From: a candidate division FCPU426 bacterium
GTDB lineage: Bacteria > Oederibacteriota > Muellerivitia > Muellerivitales > Muellerivitaceae
NCBI GenBank assembly: GCA_963847625.1
Contig: CAWKAR010000039.1
Location: forward strand, 64,001 to 128,000
Length of the DNA stretch: 64,000 bases
Direction of reading: 5' to 3'
Shown here: positions 29,423 to 40,463 of the stretch, in pieces
Layout of the letters: each line of letters starts with the position of its first letter
Numbering within the stretch: position 1 is the stretch's first letter
Notes under the pieces: generated by a model
Databases searched by the model: none
The model's input: the letters and a program-made list of their open reading frames with translations, nothing else
What the model was told of the DNA's origin: nothing
Position numbers and translations under genes: made by a program

Positions 29423-32400
29423 ATGACGCTCGAAGGTTCCCCGGCCGCGGAATCCGAACCCCCATCTACTCTCTTTTATGATTTTATCCAGCAAATTCCC
29501 CTCCAGTGTTTTGAAAAAGAAAGGTTCCTCCATTCGGAGCTTTTAGGGGTCCAGGTTTATCCCGAGCGCACCCTGGTTGTGATGCGGCTGAAAATGCCTG
29601 CTCCTGTCTCAGTTGAAACCTACGCGAACGTCACCCGTTGCCTGAAGGAAAGCCTGCCAGACGTAGGCCGGATCGTCTTGGATGTCCACTACGCCGCTTC
29701 CGTGATCGGGCCGGCCGACTACCTGGCGGCCCATGAAAAGGATTTGATCTATTGCCTTTCCGAGGAAGCCGACATCTCCGAGAGCTGGTTTTCCTACTAC
29801 CGCGTCGAGTTAAGGGACACGAATCTCTTGTTTCAGGTTCCCAATGAAGCCGCCCGTCAGCAGTTGGAACGAAAAGAATGCGTGCGTGTGTTGAGGGAAA
29901 TTCTCAAAAAGCGTTGTGGCGTGGATTTGAAAGTGGATCTCCAGGTCAACCCGTCCATTATTCCAGAAAAACCCCACTCGGTCGAACCACCGCCTGTTAC
30001 CGCTTTTCCCAAGGGCCCGATTGAGAACATCCTATTTGGCCGGAAGATTTCAGAAACGGCCCAATCCCTGACTGTAACCGACGAGCAAAGAGGTTTTGTG
30101 GGGCAGGGGGAGGTCATCCTTTACGACGTATTCCAGACCAGAAGCGGCCGCCAATTGGCGAAAATGACCCTCACCGATTACACCGATTCCCTGGATGTGC
30201 TTTTCTTTTTTGAGAACGACGGAAAATTCAAGGGTGGGATTAAAGAAGGCGATTGGCTCAGGGTGCGGGGGGACTTGCGTTTCGACAGCCGGGATCCCAA
30301 CGAAATGGTCCTGAACGCTAGGGATATCACGAGAATCAATCCACCTGCGACCCGGATGGACCAAGCGCCTGAAAAACGAGTGGAGCTCCATTGCCACACC
30401 CAAATGAGCCGGATGGACGGACTATCCAAGATCGACCGGTTGATTGAGACCGCCGCCCGCTGGGGGCATCCCGCTATCGCCCTCACTGATCATGGCGTGG
30501 TTCAGGCCTATCCCGAGGCACGGGCTGTGGCGAAAAAAAACGGCATCAAGCTGATTTTGGGAATGGAAGGTTACCTTGTTGACGAGTTCAAGAGGGATAA
30601 GAACCTGCCCATCTACCACATCATTCTTCTTGTGAAAAACCGGATTGGCCTCAAAAACCTCTACCAACTCGTGACAGAAAGCCATTTAAAGTACTTTTAC
30701 AAAAGGCCCTTGATTCCCCGGGCCCTCCTCGCGAAACATCGGGAAGGACTGTTCCTGGGCTCGGCTTGCGAACAAGGGGAGGTATGGCAACATTTGCTGC
30801 GCAAGGACAAACCCCTGGAGGAAGTAGCCAGCTTTTACGACTATATCGAGATACAGCCATGCGCCAATAACGAGTTCATGATCCAAGAAGGCATGGTGAA
30901 GAGCATGGATGAACTCCAGAATTTAACCCGCACCCTTTATGAGACCGGCAAAAAACTAGGCAAGCTGGTTCTGGCTACTGGGGATTCCCATTTTCTCAAT
31001 CCCCAAGATGATGTGTACCGAAAAATCCTTCACGCCGGAATGGGTTATGGGGTGGAAAGGCAGGCACCCCTTTTCTTTAAAACCACCCAGGAACTCAAGG
31101 GGGATTTCGATTATTTTGGTGAGGAGGTGGCCCATGAGTTGGTGGTAACCAACCCTCGCAAGGTGGCGGAAATGATAGAGGAAGTGGAACCCCTCCCGAC
31201 AAAGACTCTTTCCCCCCACTTGGAGGGAGCGGATGAGCTTTTAAGGAAAACAGCCACCCACGAAGTCCATCGGCTTTATGGTGACCCTCTTCCGGATTTC
31301 ATTGATAAGCGTCTTCAAAAGGAACTCAACGCCATCATCAACAACAAGTTCTCCACTCTTTACGTCATCGCCATGAAGCTTGTGAAAAAATCAATCGCGG
31401 ACGGCTATGTGGTCGGAAGCCGTGGCTCGGTAGGGAGTTCCCTTGTGGCTTTTCTCAGCGGAATCACGGAGGTGAACCCCTTACCGCCGCATTGGCGTTG
31501 TGAGGAAGGGCACTACCACGAATTTCCGGAAAAACCTGCCTCCACGGCTGGCGTGGATCTGCCGGAAAAAAACTGCCCAACTTGCGCTAAACCTTTGCTG
31601 AGGGACGGCTTTTCCATTGCCTTCGAAGTGTTCATGGGTTTCGAGGGAGATAAAATGCCGGACATCGACCTGAATTTCTCCGGCGAATATCAACATGTGG
31701 CCCATAAATATGTGGAAGAGCTTTTCGGTAAAGAGTACTGTTTCCGAGCGGGAACCATTTCGGCCGTGAAGGACCGGATCGCCTTTGGCTTCGTGAAAAA
31801 ATACGTGGAACAATCGGGCCGCAAGACCCGTAACGCCGAGTTGAACCGCCTAGTCAAGGGATGCTCGGGAGTTTCCAAAACAACAGGCCAGCATCCGGGT
31901 GGCATCGTCATCTTGCCCAAGAACATGGAAATCACCGACGTCTGCCCCGTCCAGTATCCCGCGGACAACAAAGACGGGGACGTCATCACCACCCATTTCG
32001 ATTACGACAGCATGCATGACTGCCTCGTCAAACTGGATATCCTAGGCCATGACAACCCCACCAGCCTCAGGCGGCTCGAGAACATGACAGGCGTTTCACC
32101 TGCCAAAATTCCCTTGAACGACGCTAAGACCATGAGCCTTTTTTCCGGCATCCAAGCGCTTGGCTTGAGGGAAAAAATCGATAAGGACCTGGGCACCCTG
32201 GGCGTACCCGAATTCGGGACATTTTTCGCCATGGACATGCTTCGGGATACCCGGCCCACGAAATTCGAAGAATTAGTAAGACTTTCTGGCCTAGCTCACG
32301 GTACAAACGTTTGGCTGGGTAACGCCCAGAATTTGATCAAGAAAGGCACTGCGGGCCTATCAACGGTCATCTCTACACGCGACGATATGCTGAACGACCT

Positions 32401-33085
32401 GAGAGCCCGGAAAATGGATGAGGCTTTGGCTTTCAAAATCATGGAGTCGGTGAGAAGAGGGAAAGGATTGACAGCCGATTTTGAAAGTGCCATGGCGGAA
32501 GCCAATACGCCCGCTTGGTACGTGGAAAGTTGTAGGAAAATCAAGTATATCTTCCCGAAGGCCCACGCCGTGGCTTATTGCATCATGAGTTTTAAGATTG
32601 CTTGGTTCAAGGTTCACCATCCCCTGGCCTTTTATGCGGACTATTTCACCAACAAGAGCTTCGGCTTCGACGCTACCGTCGCCTGTGATGGGATCAGCCG
32701 GGTCAAGGACCGAATCAAGCATATCCAGTCCATCGAGAAACCTACGGCAAAAGAATTGGACGAGTCCTCCGTGTTGGAAGTGGCCGAGGAAACTTACGCC
32801 CGGGGTTTTCGTTTCCTCCCGGTGGATCTCTACCAGTCCACTAGCCGAACCTTTCAAATCGAGGAGCAATCGGGGGAAAAAATGCTCCGCCCACCGTTGA
32901 TTTGCTTGCCCGGCTTGGGAGAGACCGCCGCAGAAGCCATTGTAGAGGAACGCAAAAAGGGTGCCTTTAATTCGGTGGAAGACCTCCAACAGCAATGTAG
33001 CGTGAATAAAAATGTGGTGGAAATCCTCAAAACCCATGGCTGCCTGAAGAATATTCCAGATACCAAACAAGTTTTGCTTTTTTAG
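29423..33085 (+). CDS. polC: DNA polymerase III PolC-type, lacking the DEDDh exonuclease insert
   Basis: N-terminal domain and OB fold precede the PHP domain (KRVELHCHTQMS). GSRGSVGSS, Zn finger, MPDIDLNFSGE, TTGQHPGG, THFDY, KLDILGHD, FPKAHA. Confidence 0.95.
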   Translation: MTLEGSPAAESEPPSTLFYDFIQQIPLQCFEKERFLHSELLGVQVYPERTLVVMRLKMPAPVSVETYANVTRCLKESLPDVGRIVLDVHYAASVIGPADYLAAHEKDLIYCLSEEADISESWFSYYRVELRDTNLLFQVPNEAARQQLERKECVRVLREILKKRCGVDLKVDLQVNPSIIPEKPHSVEPPPVTAFPKGPIENILFGRKISETAQSLTVTDEQRGFVGQGEVILYDVFQTRSGRQLAKMTLTDYTDSLDVLFFFENDGKFKGGIKEGDWLRVRGDLRFDSRDPNEMVLNARDITRINPPATRMDQAPEKRVELHCHTQMSRMDGLSKIDRLIETAARWGHPAIALTDHGVVQAYPEARAVAKKNGIKLILGMEGYLVDEFKRDKNLPIYHIILLVKNRIGLKNLYQLVTESHLKYFYKRPLIPRALLAKHREGLFLGSACEQGEVWQHLLRKDKPLEEVASFYDYIEIQPCANNEFMIQEGMVKSMDELQNLTRTLYETGKKLGKLVLATGDSHFLNPQDDVYRKILHAGMGYGVERQAPLFFKTTQELKGDFDYFGEEVAHELVVTNPRKVAEMIEEVEPLPTKTLSPHLEGADELLRKTATHEVHRLYGDPLPDFIDKRLQKELNAIINNKFSTLYVIAMKLVKKSIADGYVVGSRGSVGSSLVAFLSGITEVNPLPPHWRCEEGHYHEFPEKPASTAGVDLPEKNCPTCAKPLLRDGFSIAFEVFMGFEGDKMPDIDLNFSGEYQHVAHKYVEELFGKEYCFRAGTISAVKDRIAFGFVKKYVEQSGRKTRNAELNRLVKGCSGVSKTTGQHPGGIVILPKNMEITDVCPVQYPADNKDGDVITTHFDYDSMHDCLVKLDILGHDNPTSLRRLENMTGVSPAKIPLNDAKTMSLFSGIQALGLREKIDKDLGTLGVPEFGTFFAMDMLRDTRPTKFEELVRLSGLAHGTNVWLGNAQNLIKKGTAGLSTVISTRDDMLNDLRARKMDEALAFKIMESVRRGKGLTADFESAMAEANTPAWYVESCRKIKYIFPKAHAVAYCIMSFKIAWFKVHHPLAFYADYFTNKSFGFDATVACDGISRVKDRIKHIQSIEKPTAKELDESSVLEVAEETYARGFRFLPVDLYQSTSRTFQIEEQSGEKMLRPPLICLPGLGETAAEAIVEERKKGAFNSVEDLQQQCSVNKNVVEILKTHGCLKNIPDTKQVLLF

Positions 33086-33266
33086 AAACGGAAAGCTTGA
33101 AATATTTCCTTGGCCTGTTTGGTTTTCTATTCTTATTTGGGTTATAAGAACTTTATAACCGGTTGCTCAGACCCCGCCTACGGCAACTTGGCTGAATTAC
33201 TTCAGGGAAGTAAAATTGTTCTCCGGATTTGATCTGATAGGGGTGAAGAAGCAAAATGAAGAGTGA

Positions 33267-34118
33267 TTCCTTGATAAAAACGGCTTCTTTTGAATCGCGA
33301 TTTTTATAGGGATATTGATTTTGCCATGTTCATTGGAAGTTTACTATCTTTTTGGACCCTACCATCAAATTTGGAAGATTCCCAATTCTCATTGAGTTAA
33401 TCTCAAGTCCGTTGAATTTTACAAAACCTATGGAGTCTTAAAGGAAAAAACCAGGATAGCGGGGGATGGAGCCTTGCTTTTTGATTTGCTTCCCGCCGTT
33501 TCGGATCAAACCCTAGTGATTACTTGTCACCCGTTCGACGCAGCCCATAATCCCCATTTAAAGTTCGAGAACGTCCATTGGACGGCCCTATTAATGAATA
33601 TCAATTGTGAACCATTTCACTGCCAGCGTTTTCCGGAGGGACAGTGGATAAATCTTTCGGAGGAGTTGCCGTCTTTTCTGGAAGGCGGAGTTTTGGAAAT
33701 TATCCCGGTCTTGCCCGGAAATAAAGAAACGTTGGGAGGATTTTTTTACGCAAACCAGGCTAGCCAGAAGATAACCAATTTGATCATGCAACATCGTTGG
33801 AACACTTTCCAGGAAGATATTCTTCAAGACCTTGAAAAAATTTATCCTTTCTTTCGAAACGATCCATTCCTTGAAACCTGTTTTTGGGACAAAGTTTTTT
33901 TCCATTCCCAAAAGGATCATTTAGATCAGCAATCTTTTCATGATATCGAAAGGGCTTTAAAATTCGGATATCCCGCGGCAAACCTTTTTTACAGTCAGGG
34001 AATCTATTTTTATCGGTTTGGATTTATCAAGAAAGCCATCTCATCCCTTGAGGCGGCATCACGCCTTCCGGTGAATAGGACGCCTGCGCAACAATTTTTT
34101 GGATGTATTGAAAAGTAA
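33267..34118 (+). pseudogene. Probable degraded gene remnant (membrane segment plus C-terminal TPR-like helix)
   Basis: The frame of ORF 33474-34118 continues upstream as protein-like text (IAIFIGILILPCSLEVYYLFGPYHQIW...), interrupted by in-frame TGA at 33291 and 33393. AT-rich, with no convincing RBS/ATG. Confidence 0.5.
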
Positions 34119-34235
34119 ATGCCATTAAAACTTTTTATTTTCAGCGGTTGTTGCATAAATCTGTTTTATTGTAGCTTCGATAGAGTTTTGAGTATTAAAA
34201 GTATCGTGTTTTGGCTTGATTTTAGGGCTTTCCCC

Positions 34236-34264
34236 TTGCCAGAACCCTTTGTTTTTGCTAAAAC
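34236..34264 (+). promoter_or_regulatory. sigma70 promoter of the rimP-nusA-infB operon
   Basis: TTGCCA-17 nt-TAAAAC with extended TG. Confidence 0.55.
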
Positions 34265-34288
34265 ATAAGAGTTAATTAAGGCTGTCCC

Positions 34289-34324
34289 AAAAAGTGGGTC
34301 CCTTTCATGGCCCGCTTTTTTTTT
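34289..34324 (+). ncRNA. rimP leader terminator-like hairpin
   Basis: AAAAAGTGGGTC-loop-GGCCCGCTTTTT plus a T run, ~25 nt after the promoter. Matches the AGTGGG...CCC(A/G)CT hairpin commonly seen upstream of rimP. Confidence 0.65.
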
Positions 34325-34466
34325 CATCAAATAGGTGTTTGTTAGGAATGTGACAGGGTATTTCCGGAAGGGGGTTAACTCCATCCGGAAATACGTTATT
34401 AGGTTAGCTTAAAGTTCATTCAGAACGGCCGCAAGGCCGTTTGTCGTTTATAGGGATGGAAATGGC

Positions 34467-34940
34467 ATGAGTTTTTTGGACGAATTTGGGCGTGCTCAAC
34501 TCAAAGCCATTGCGGAGGAGGTTGTTAAGGAAAACTTTTTAGTACTTTTCGATTTTCGGGTCCGTCCCCAGGGATCAAAACTGGTTCTAACCTTGGTGGT
34601 TGACAAGAAAATTGGTGAAATTTCGGTCGGGGATTGCGAGATCGTCAGCAGGGAAATGGAAAAAAGGCTGGACGAAATGGACATCATCCAGACTCCTTAC
34701 CTTCTAGAAGTTTCTTCCCCTGGAATGGACCGTCCCTTGTTGAATTTGAGTGATTGCGAACGTTTCAAGGGCCGCTTGGCCCAATTTATTCTCAAGGAGC
34801 CCTGGGAGGGTTTGTTGACCTTCCAAGGCAGGCTGAATGGGGTTCGGGAGGGGAAAGTAGACCTTTTAGTAGGCAAAGAAAGGATCCTTTGTTTACCGTT
34901 CGATAGGGTTAAAACTGCCCATTTGGTTGTTGAAATATAA
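34467..34940 (+). CDS. rimP: Ribosome maturation factor RimP
   Basis: DCEIVSR, YLLEVSSPGMDRPL. Confidence 0.95.
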   Translation: MSFLDEFGRAQLKAIAEEVVKENFLVLFDFRVRPQGSKLVLTLVVDKKIGEISVGDCEIVSREMEKRLDEMDIIQTPYLLEVSSPGMDRPLLNLSDCERFKGRLAQFILKEPWEGLLTFQGRLNGVREGKVDLLVGKERILCLPFDRVKTAHLVVEI

Positions 34941-34968
34941 GACTGAATGATTTAGAGGGGTTGGAGCC

Positions 34969-36288
34969 ATGAGCAACGAATTGGCCTTGGTGATGAGCCA
35001 AATCGAGCACACCAAGCGCATTGACAAAAAAAAACTAGTCGAAGCGATACAGGCTGCCTTGTCTTCCGCAGCAAAAAAGATATTTGGCATCGGCCAGGAG
35101 GTTGAAGTCGAATTCGACGAGACTAATTATGAATTCATCGCCTATTACCTCAAGGAAGTTGTCGAAAAAGTTGAGGAACCCGGCATCCAGATCACCCTTG
35201 AGGATGCGCGCAAATATAAAACCGACGCTCAATTGAATGAGGTCGTCAAGATCCGTATCCCATCCGATCAGTTCGGCCGGATCGCGGCCCAAACCGCCAA
35301 GCAGGTCATCGTTCAGCGCGTCCAAGACGCTGAGCGTCAGAGCGTCTACGACCAGTTTAAGGATAAGGAGGGTGAGCTCATCACGGGGAGCGTACTGCGT
35401 TACGAAGGGCGTAACGTCATTATTTCCTTTGGAGACGCGGAAGCCCTGATTCCAGCCAAGGAACAGGTTCCGCGCGAGCGCTATTCCACGGGTGAGCGAA
35501 TGAAATTCCTCGTGCTGGAGGTTCGCAAGACGCTGAAGGGCCCTTCCATCATCGTCAGCCGGGCCCATCCCAATCTGGTGCGAAAATTATTCGAGTTGGA
35601 AGTGCCGGAAATTTACGAAGGAGCGGTTAAGATTGAAAGCGTGGCCCGTGAGGCCGGCGCCCGTACCAAGATTTCGGTCCGGGTAGTGAATGACGATCGC
35701 ATTGATGCAGTCGGGGCTTGCGTTGGCGTCAAGGGCATTCGCGTTCAAAACATCGTTGATGAGATCCGAGGGGAGAAGGTGGATATCGTTCGTTGGGACG
35801 CGGAACCACACGCCTATCTTTCCAACGCCTTATCTCCAGCGAAAATCGCCCGCATCGTTTTTCATCCAGAGATACCCTCGGCGGAGGTCATCGTTCCAAA
35901 TGACCAATTGTCCTTGGCCATCGGCAAAAAGGGCCAAAACGCCCGCCTAGCGGCTCGTCTTACCGGCATCAAAATCGACATTAAAAACGAGGAACAATAC
36001 GCCCAGGAGGAAAGGGCGCGCATGGACGCTCATTTCCAGGAAGTCTCCCAGGAAACGGCCGCTGCTATCTCCGGGGCCAAGGTGGACGCCCCTTCGGCCG
36101 AAGCTGCGGCGGCATTGACCATAGATGAAAAAAAAGATGCGCCGCCCGATGAAATTGATGAGGGATCGGTTAAGGCCGAAGACCCCCCCCTGATTCCATT
36201 GCTCACGCGTGATATGGACGGCATGCCATCGATCCCGCCCTCGCCGGATGTACCCGCGGACACCAGCGTCAAAACTGATCAGGAGTGA
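34969..36288 (+). CDS. nusA: Transcription factor NusA
   Basis: FGRIAAQTAKQ, FELEVPEI, SLAIGKKGQNARLA. Confidence 0.98.
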   Translation: MSNELALVMSQIEHTKRIDKKKLVEAIQAALSSAAKKIFGIGQEVEVEFDETNYEFIAYYLKEVVEKVEEPGIQITLEDARKYKTDAQLNEVVKIRIPSDQFGRIAAQTAKQVIVQRVQDAERQSVYDQFKDKEGELITGSVLRYEGRNVIISFGDAEALIPAKEQVPRERYSTGERMKFLVLEVRKTLKGPSIIVSRAHPNLVRKLFELEVPEIYEGAVKIESVAREAGARTKISVRVVNDDRIDAVGACVGVKGIRVQNIVDEIRGEKVDIVRWDAEPHAYLSNALSPAKIARIVFHPEIPSAEVIVPNDQLSLAIGKKGQNARLAARLTGIKIDIKNEEQYAQEERARMDAHFQEVSQETAAAISGAKVDAPSAEAAAALTIDEKKDAPPDEIDEGSVKAEDPPLIPLLTRDMDGMPSIPPSPDVPADTSVKTDQE

Positions 36289-36300
36289 ATATAAACCCAT

Positions 36301-38589
36301 ATGGGAAAAAGACTTTTTGAATTTGCCAAAGAATTGGGCCTTTCCAGCCGAGAAGTTTTGGAACGCTGCAAGAAACTGGGTTTTTCCATACCCAGCCAAT
36401 TGACGGTGGTGGATGAGAAAATCCAGTCCGATATTCGACGCGACTTGGGCATGGCTGATTTAAGCACCGCCACCAGCCATTCCCCAGCAACCACCCCGGC
36501 GGCCGTAAAGCCAGCTCACGGAAAAACGCGGACGTTGACCGCGCGCCCGGCGAATGTGGAGACTTCCTCCAAGACCCAATCAAAAACACCATCCACACTC
36601 ACATCGCCAACTGCCACCTATCCCTCCTTGAAAACCGGACAGGGTAAAGCAGGACTTCGTAAATCCTCCTCGGCATCGAGAAAAAGTTCAGGACCAAAAC
36701 CCCTGCCAAAAGGGCATGGACTCGCGGCCGGACGGCCCAAAACTATTACCGCGTCCATTGCTAAAGAGGAAATTCCAGAGGAAAAGGCCAAATCCGAAGG
36801 CCAGGCTGAAAACGTTGAAACAGTGGAACCCAAGGTTCTCACTAAAATCAAGATTACTGAAGGAATAACCGTTTCAGAACTGGCCCAAAAATTGAACGTC
36901 AAAGCCGGGGTACTCATCAAGGAACTCATGGATCTCAAGATCCTGGCAACGATCAACCAACGTTTGGATATTACGGTGGCTGAAACCTTGTCTTCCGCGC
37001 ATGATGCGGTAGTGGAAGTGGTTCCCCTTTACGGCGCGGAAATGTTCCGCGATGAACCTGATGACCCTAAGGATCTCATGCCTCGTTCCCCCGTTGTGAC
37101 GATCATGGGACACGTCGATCATGGGAAGACTCTTCTGCTGGATTCCATCCGCAAGACCAAAGTGGCAGAGGGAGAAGCCGGAGGCATCACACAGCATATC
37201 GGCGCTTACCAGGTGAAACATGAAAAGGGCACTATCACTTTCCTGGATACGCCAGGTCACGAAGCTTTCACCCTGATGAGGGCCCGTGGAGCCAAGGCCA
37301 CAGATATCGTGGTGCTGGTGGTGGCCGCAGACGACGGTGTCATGCCCCAAACCCTCGAGGCTATCGATCATGCCAGGGAAGCGAAAGTGCCCATTTTGGT
37401 GGCGGTCAATAAAATCGACAAGCCTGAAGCCAACCCTGATCGGGTAAAAAACCAACTTGCGGAACGTGGACTCGTACCCGAGGAATGGGGAGGAACAAAC
37501 ATTTTCGTGGAAGTCTCCGCTAAGAAACGCCTGAACCTCGATAAACTCCTAGACATGATTCTCCTGCAAGCCGAAATTCTTGAACTCAAAGCCAATCCCC
37601 ATCGTTCAGGAAAAGGCGTCGTCCTGGAGGCCCGATTGGAAAAGGATAGCGGCCCCGTGGCTACTCTCCTCGTTGAAAAGGGAACTCTTAAGATCGGGGA
37701 TAACCTTTTGGCCGGAAGCACCTACGGCCGTGTAAAAGCCATGCAGGATGATTTGGGAAAATCCATTAAAAGCGCTGGGCCCACTATGCCGGTGGAAGTT
37801 TTGGGCCTTTCCGATGTGCCCCAGGCCGGGGATATGTTCTATGTTATGACCGACCCTAAGGTCGCCAGGGAAATTTCCACCCGACGCGCTGAGGCCTTAA
37901 AGGACAATCGTCTCGTGGGAGCCATGAAACATATCACCCTTGACAACCTTTTCGAGCAGATAAAGGAAGGCCAGATTAAAGAACTCAAAGTCATTGTGAA
38001 AGCCGATGTCCAAGGGTCTGTGGAAGCCCTGACTTCTTCCTTGGAAAAACTGTCTACCGAAAAAGTATCCCTCCGCGTGATCCACAGCGGAACCGGCAAC
38101 ATCGTCAACTCGGATATATTACTGGCTTCCGCTTCCAACGCCATCGTGGTCGGCTTCAACGTCCAAGCGGATCCAACCTCCAAAAGCACCGCTGAAAAAG
38201 AGGACGTGGATGTTCGTATCTATAGGATCATCTATGACGCTGTGGAAGATGTCCGCAAGGCCATGGAGGGGCTCTTGGAACCGACGCTCCGCCAAGTCTC
38301 CATCGGGAAGGCCGAAGTCAGGCAGCTTTTCAAGACTTCCAAAGGTGTCGTAGCCGGTTGCATGGTTATTTCCGGAAAGATCAGCAATAAAGCCAAGATC
38401 AAGATCCTCCGCGGTGAGGAGATGGTCCATGAAGGGTCCGTATCCTCGCTCAAGCGTTTTAAAGACGATGTTAAGGAAGTTGGCACGGGTTTTGAATGCG
38501 GAATCGTTCTGGAGACTTTTGAGGATTTCCAAGTTGGGGATCAAGTGGATGCCTATATCCTGGAATCGGTCGCTCAAAAACTCAACTGA
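36301..38589 (+). CDS. infB: Translation initiation factor IF-2
   Basis: [28 protein letters not shown]. Confidence 0.98.
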   Translation: MGKRLFEFAKELGLSSREVLERCKKLGFSIPSQLTVVDEKIQSDIRRDLGMADLSTATSHSPATTPAAVKPAHGKTRTLTARPANVETSSKTQSKTPSTLTSPTATYPSLKTGQGKAGLRKSSSASRKSSGPKPLPKGHGLAAGRPKTITASIAKEEIPEEKAKSEGQAENVETVEPKVLTKIKITEGITVSELAQKLNVKAGVLIKELMDLKILATINQRLDITVAETLSSAHDAVVEVVPLYGAEMFRDEPDDPKDLMPRSPVVTIMGHVDHGKTLLLDSIRKTKVAEGEAGGITQHIGAYQVKHEKGTITFLDTPGHEAFTLMRARGAKATDIVVLVVAADDGVMPQTLEAIDHAREAKVPILVAVNKIDKPEANPDRVKNQLAERGLVPEEWGGTNIFVEVSAKKRLNLDKLLDMILLQAEILELKANPHRSGKGVVLEARLEKDSGPVATLLVEKGTLKIGDNLLAGSTYGRVKAMQDDLGKSIKSAGPTMPVEVLGLSDVPQAGDMFYVMTDPKVAREISTRRAEALKDNRLVGAMKHITLDNLFEQIKEGQIKELKVIVKADVQGSVEALTSSLEKLSTEKVSLRVIHSGTGNIVNSDILLASASNAIVVGFNVQADPTSKSTAEKEDVDVRIYRIIYDAVEDVRKAMEGLLEPTLRQVSIGKAEVRQLFKTSKGVVAGCMVISGKISNKAKIKILRGEEMVHEGSVSSLKRFKDDVKEVGTGFECGIVLETFEDFQVGDQVDAYILESVAQKLN

Positions 38590-38683
38590 CGGCAAGCTTG
38601 ATGATGAAAACATTGTTTATTTTGCCGTTAAATTGGCGATTTGAAAATTTCCTAAAACTAAAAAATCAAAGAGGGATTTATAT

Positions 38684-38965
38684 TTGGTCATCGGCCTTTT
38701 ACGGGTTGATTTGCATTTTCCCGAAAGCAGTTCGCTTAAATCCAAACGGTTCATCCTTAAAAGCCTGACGGACCGTCTACGCAGGCATTTCAATGTCAGC
38801 GTGTCGGAAGTGGAATACCAGGATCTTTGGCAAAGGTCTGTTATGGGGATTGTCACCATCAACACGGATCGGAGAAATGCCGATTCCACCCTCTCCAAGG
38901 TGTTGGACATCCTGGAAAACGAAAGGGAGTTGCAGGTCTTGGGTGTTCAGACCGAATTCCTTTAA
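38684..38965 (+). CDS. DUF503 (YlxP-like) protein
   Basis: SLKSKR, FNVSVSEV, QDLWQR; infB-ylxP-rbfA synteny. Confidence 0.88.
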   Translation: MVIGLLRVDLHFPESSSLKSKRFILKSLTDRLRRHFNVSVSEVEYQDLWQRSVMGIVTINTDRRNADSTLSKVLDILENERELQVLGVQTEFL

Positions 38966-39071
38966 AATCTTAATTCAACCAGATGTTTGACTTGGTGGAG
39001 TTCCCGGAAAACCTCAAGTTGGTGTTAAATTCAGGTAAGAATTGAAAATCGAGAATGAAGCAGGTGTCGTT

Positions 39072-39437
39072 ATGAGTTTTAAGCGGGCGAACCGGGTGTC
39101 GGAAGCTATCAAACGGGAAATCAGTTTGATGCTGACCCGGGAAGTCAAAGATCCGGGAATCCACTTCGTGACAGTGACTGCGGTGGAAGTCTCCGATGAC
39201 CTGCGTAACGCGAAAATTTACGTTTCTGTCCTAGGAGACGAAAATACCAGGAACGAATCCTTGGCGGGCCTGGAAAGGGCCAAGGGTTTCCTAAGGGGCG
39301 AGATCGGTCATCGCCTGCGATTGCGTTATGTTCCCGAAATCCTCTTCTTCCTCGACAAGTCCCTGGACCATGCTTTTAAGATCAAGGGGATATTGGAAAG
39401 TTTGAAGCCAAAGGAAAACCCGGACAATGAATCATAA
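39072..39437 (+). CDS. rbfA: Ribosome-binding factor A
   Basis: RANRVSEAIKREIS, VSDDLRNAKIYVS, LRYVPEI. Confidence 0.95.
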   Translation: MSFKRANRVSEAIKREISLMLTREVKDPGIHFVTVTAVEVSDDLRNAKIYVSVLGDENTRNESLAGLERAKGFLRGEIGHRLRLRYVPEILFFLDKSLDHAFKIKGILESLKPKENPDNES

Positions 39438-40443
39438 AGATAAAACCAAATTGGCGCCATTGAACCCGAAGGTTCGACATGCTGATTCCTTGGGCCAAGT
39501 GGTCCGACTCATCAAAATACACAAAACCTTTTTAATTACCACACACCTCAATCCCGACGGGGACGGATTGGGTTCCGAGTCGGCTCTCTTTCAGGCATTG
39601 AAGAAAATGAGAAAGAAAGTCATGGTTGTCAACCACGACCCCCTTCCTGGACGGTTTGAGTATCTCGTCTTCCAAAAGCATTATCGGACCGCGGACACCC
39701 TTCCCCCCCTTGAGGTTTGCTTCACCTTGGACGCTAGTGATTTATCGAGAATCCGTAATGGGATCAAGCGGGAAGATTTCGGAATTATCGTCAACATCGA
39801 CCACCATTATTTCAACGGTTATTTCGGGGATTATAACCTGGTTTTTCCCGGAGCTTCGGCTACAGGTGAGATCGTATACCGATTGATCCGAGCTTTGAAT
39901 ATTAAAATCGATCGGGGCATCGCAGAAAGTATCTATACTTCTATCTCCACCGATACGGGAGGGTTCCGATATTCCAACACCAGTCCCCAAATTTTGCGGT
40001 TAGCCGCGGAGTTAGTGGAGGCGGGCGCCAAGCCGCAAAAAATCAATGACAGGATTTTCGCCGATTACAGCCGAGAGGCGCTGGAACTCATCCGTTTGTC
40101 CCTGGGGAATGTTCAAACTCACATGGGCGGGCGGCTCGCTTCCATGACTTTGTCCAAAGAAGAGTTGAAAAAAACGGGCGCGTCCAAGGACGACACGGAA
40201 AACTTGATCAATTTTCTCCGAATTCTCCAAGACGTGAAGGTTGCTTTTTTCCTCCATGAACTCCAGGATGGTCGAATTAAATTATCCCTTCGGTCCGGCG
40301 CGGGCGTGAATGTGGCCGTCATCGCCAAGGCATTCGGCGGGGGTGGCCACAGCTATGCGGCCGGGGCGCTTATATCTGGGCCAATGGAAAAGGCTTTTCG
40401 GCGGGTTTTCGGGGCATGCCGGTCGGCCTTGAAGCCAAGCTGA
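39427..40443 (+). CDS. nrnA: DHH/DHHA1 phosphoesterase (nanoRNase NrnA-like)
   Basis: HLNPDGDG, NIDHH, TDTGGF, GGGGH. Confidence 0.88.
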   Translation: MNHKDKTKLAPLNPKVRHADSLGQVVRLIKIHKTFLITTHLNPDGDGLGSESALFQALKKMRKKVMVVNHDPLPGRFEYLVFQKHYRTADTLPPLEVCFTLDASDLSRIRNGIKREDFGIIVNIDHHYFNGYFGDYNLVFPGASATGEIVYRLIRALNIKIDRGIAESIYTSISTDTGGFRYSNTSPQILRLAAELVEAGAKPQKINDRIFADYSREALELIRLSLGNVQTHMGGRLASMTLSKEELKKTGASKDDTENLINFLRILQDVKVAFFLHELQDGRIKLSLRSGAGVNVAVIAKAFGGGGHSYAAGALISGPMEKAFRRVFGACRSALKPS

Positions 40444-40463
40444 TTCGGGACAATCGCCGAAAC

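Noticed and set aside
33264..33395. TGA recoding (Trp/Sec) suggested by three in-frame TGAs
   Set aside because: TGA terminates many intact genes here (hrcA, grpE, sucC, proS, infB); pseudogenisation is simpler.
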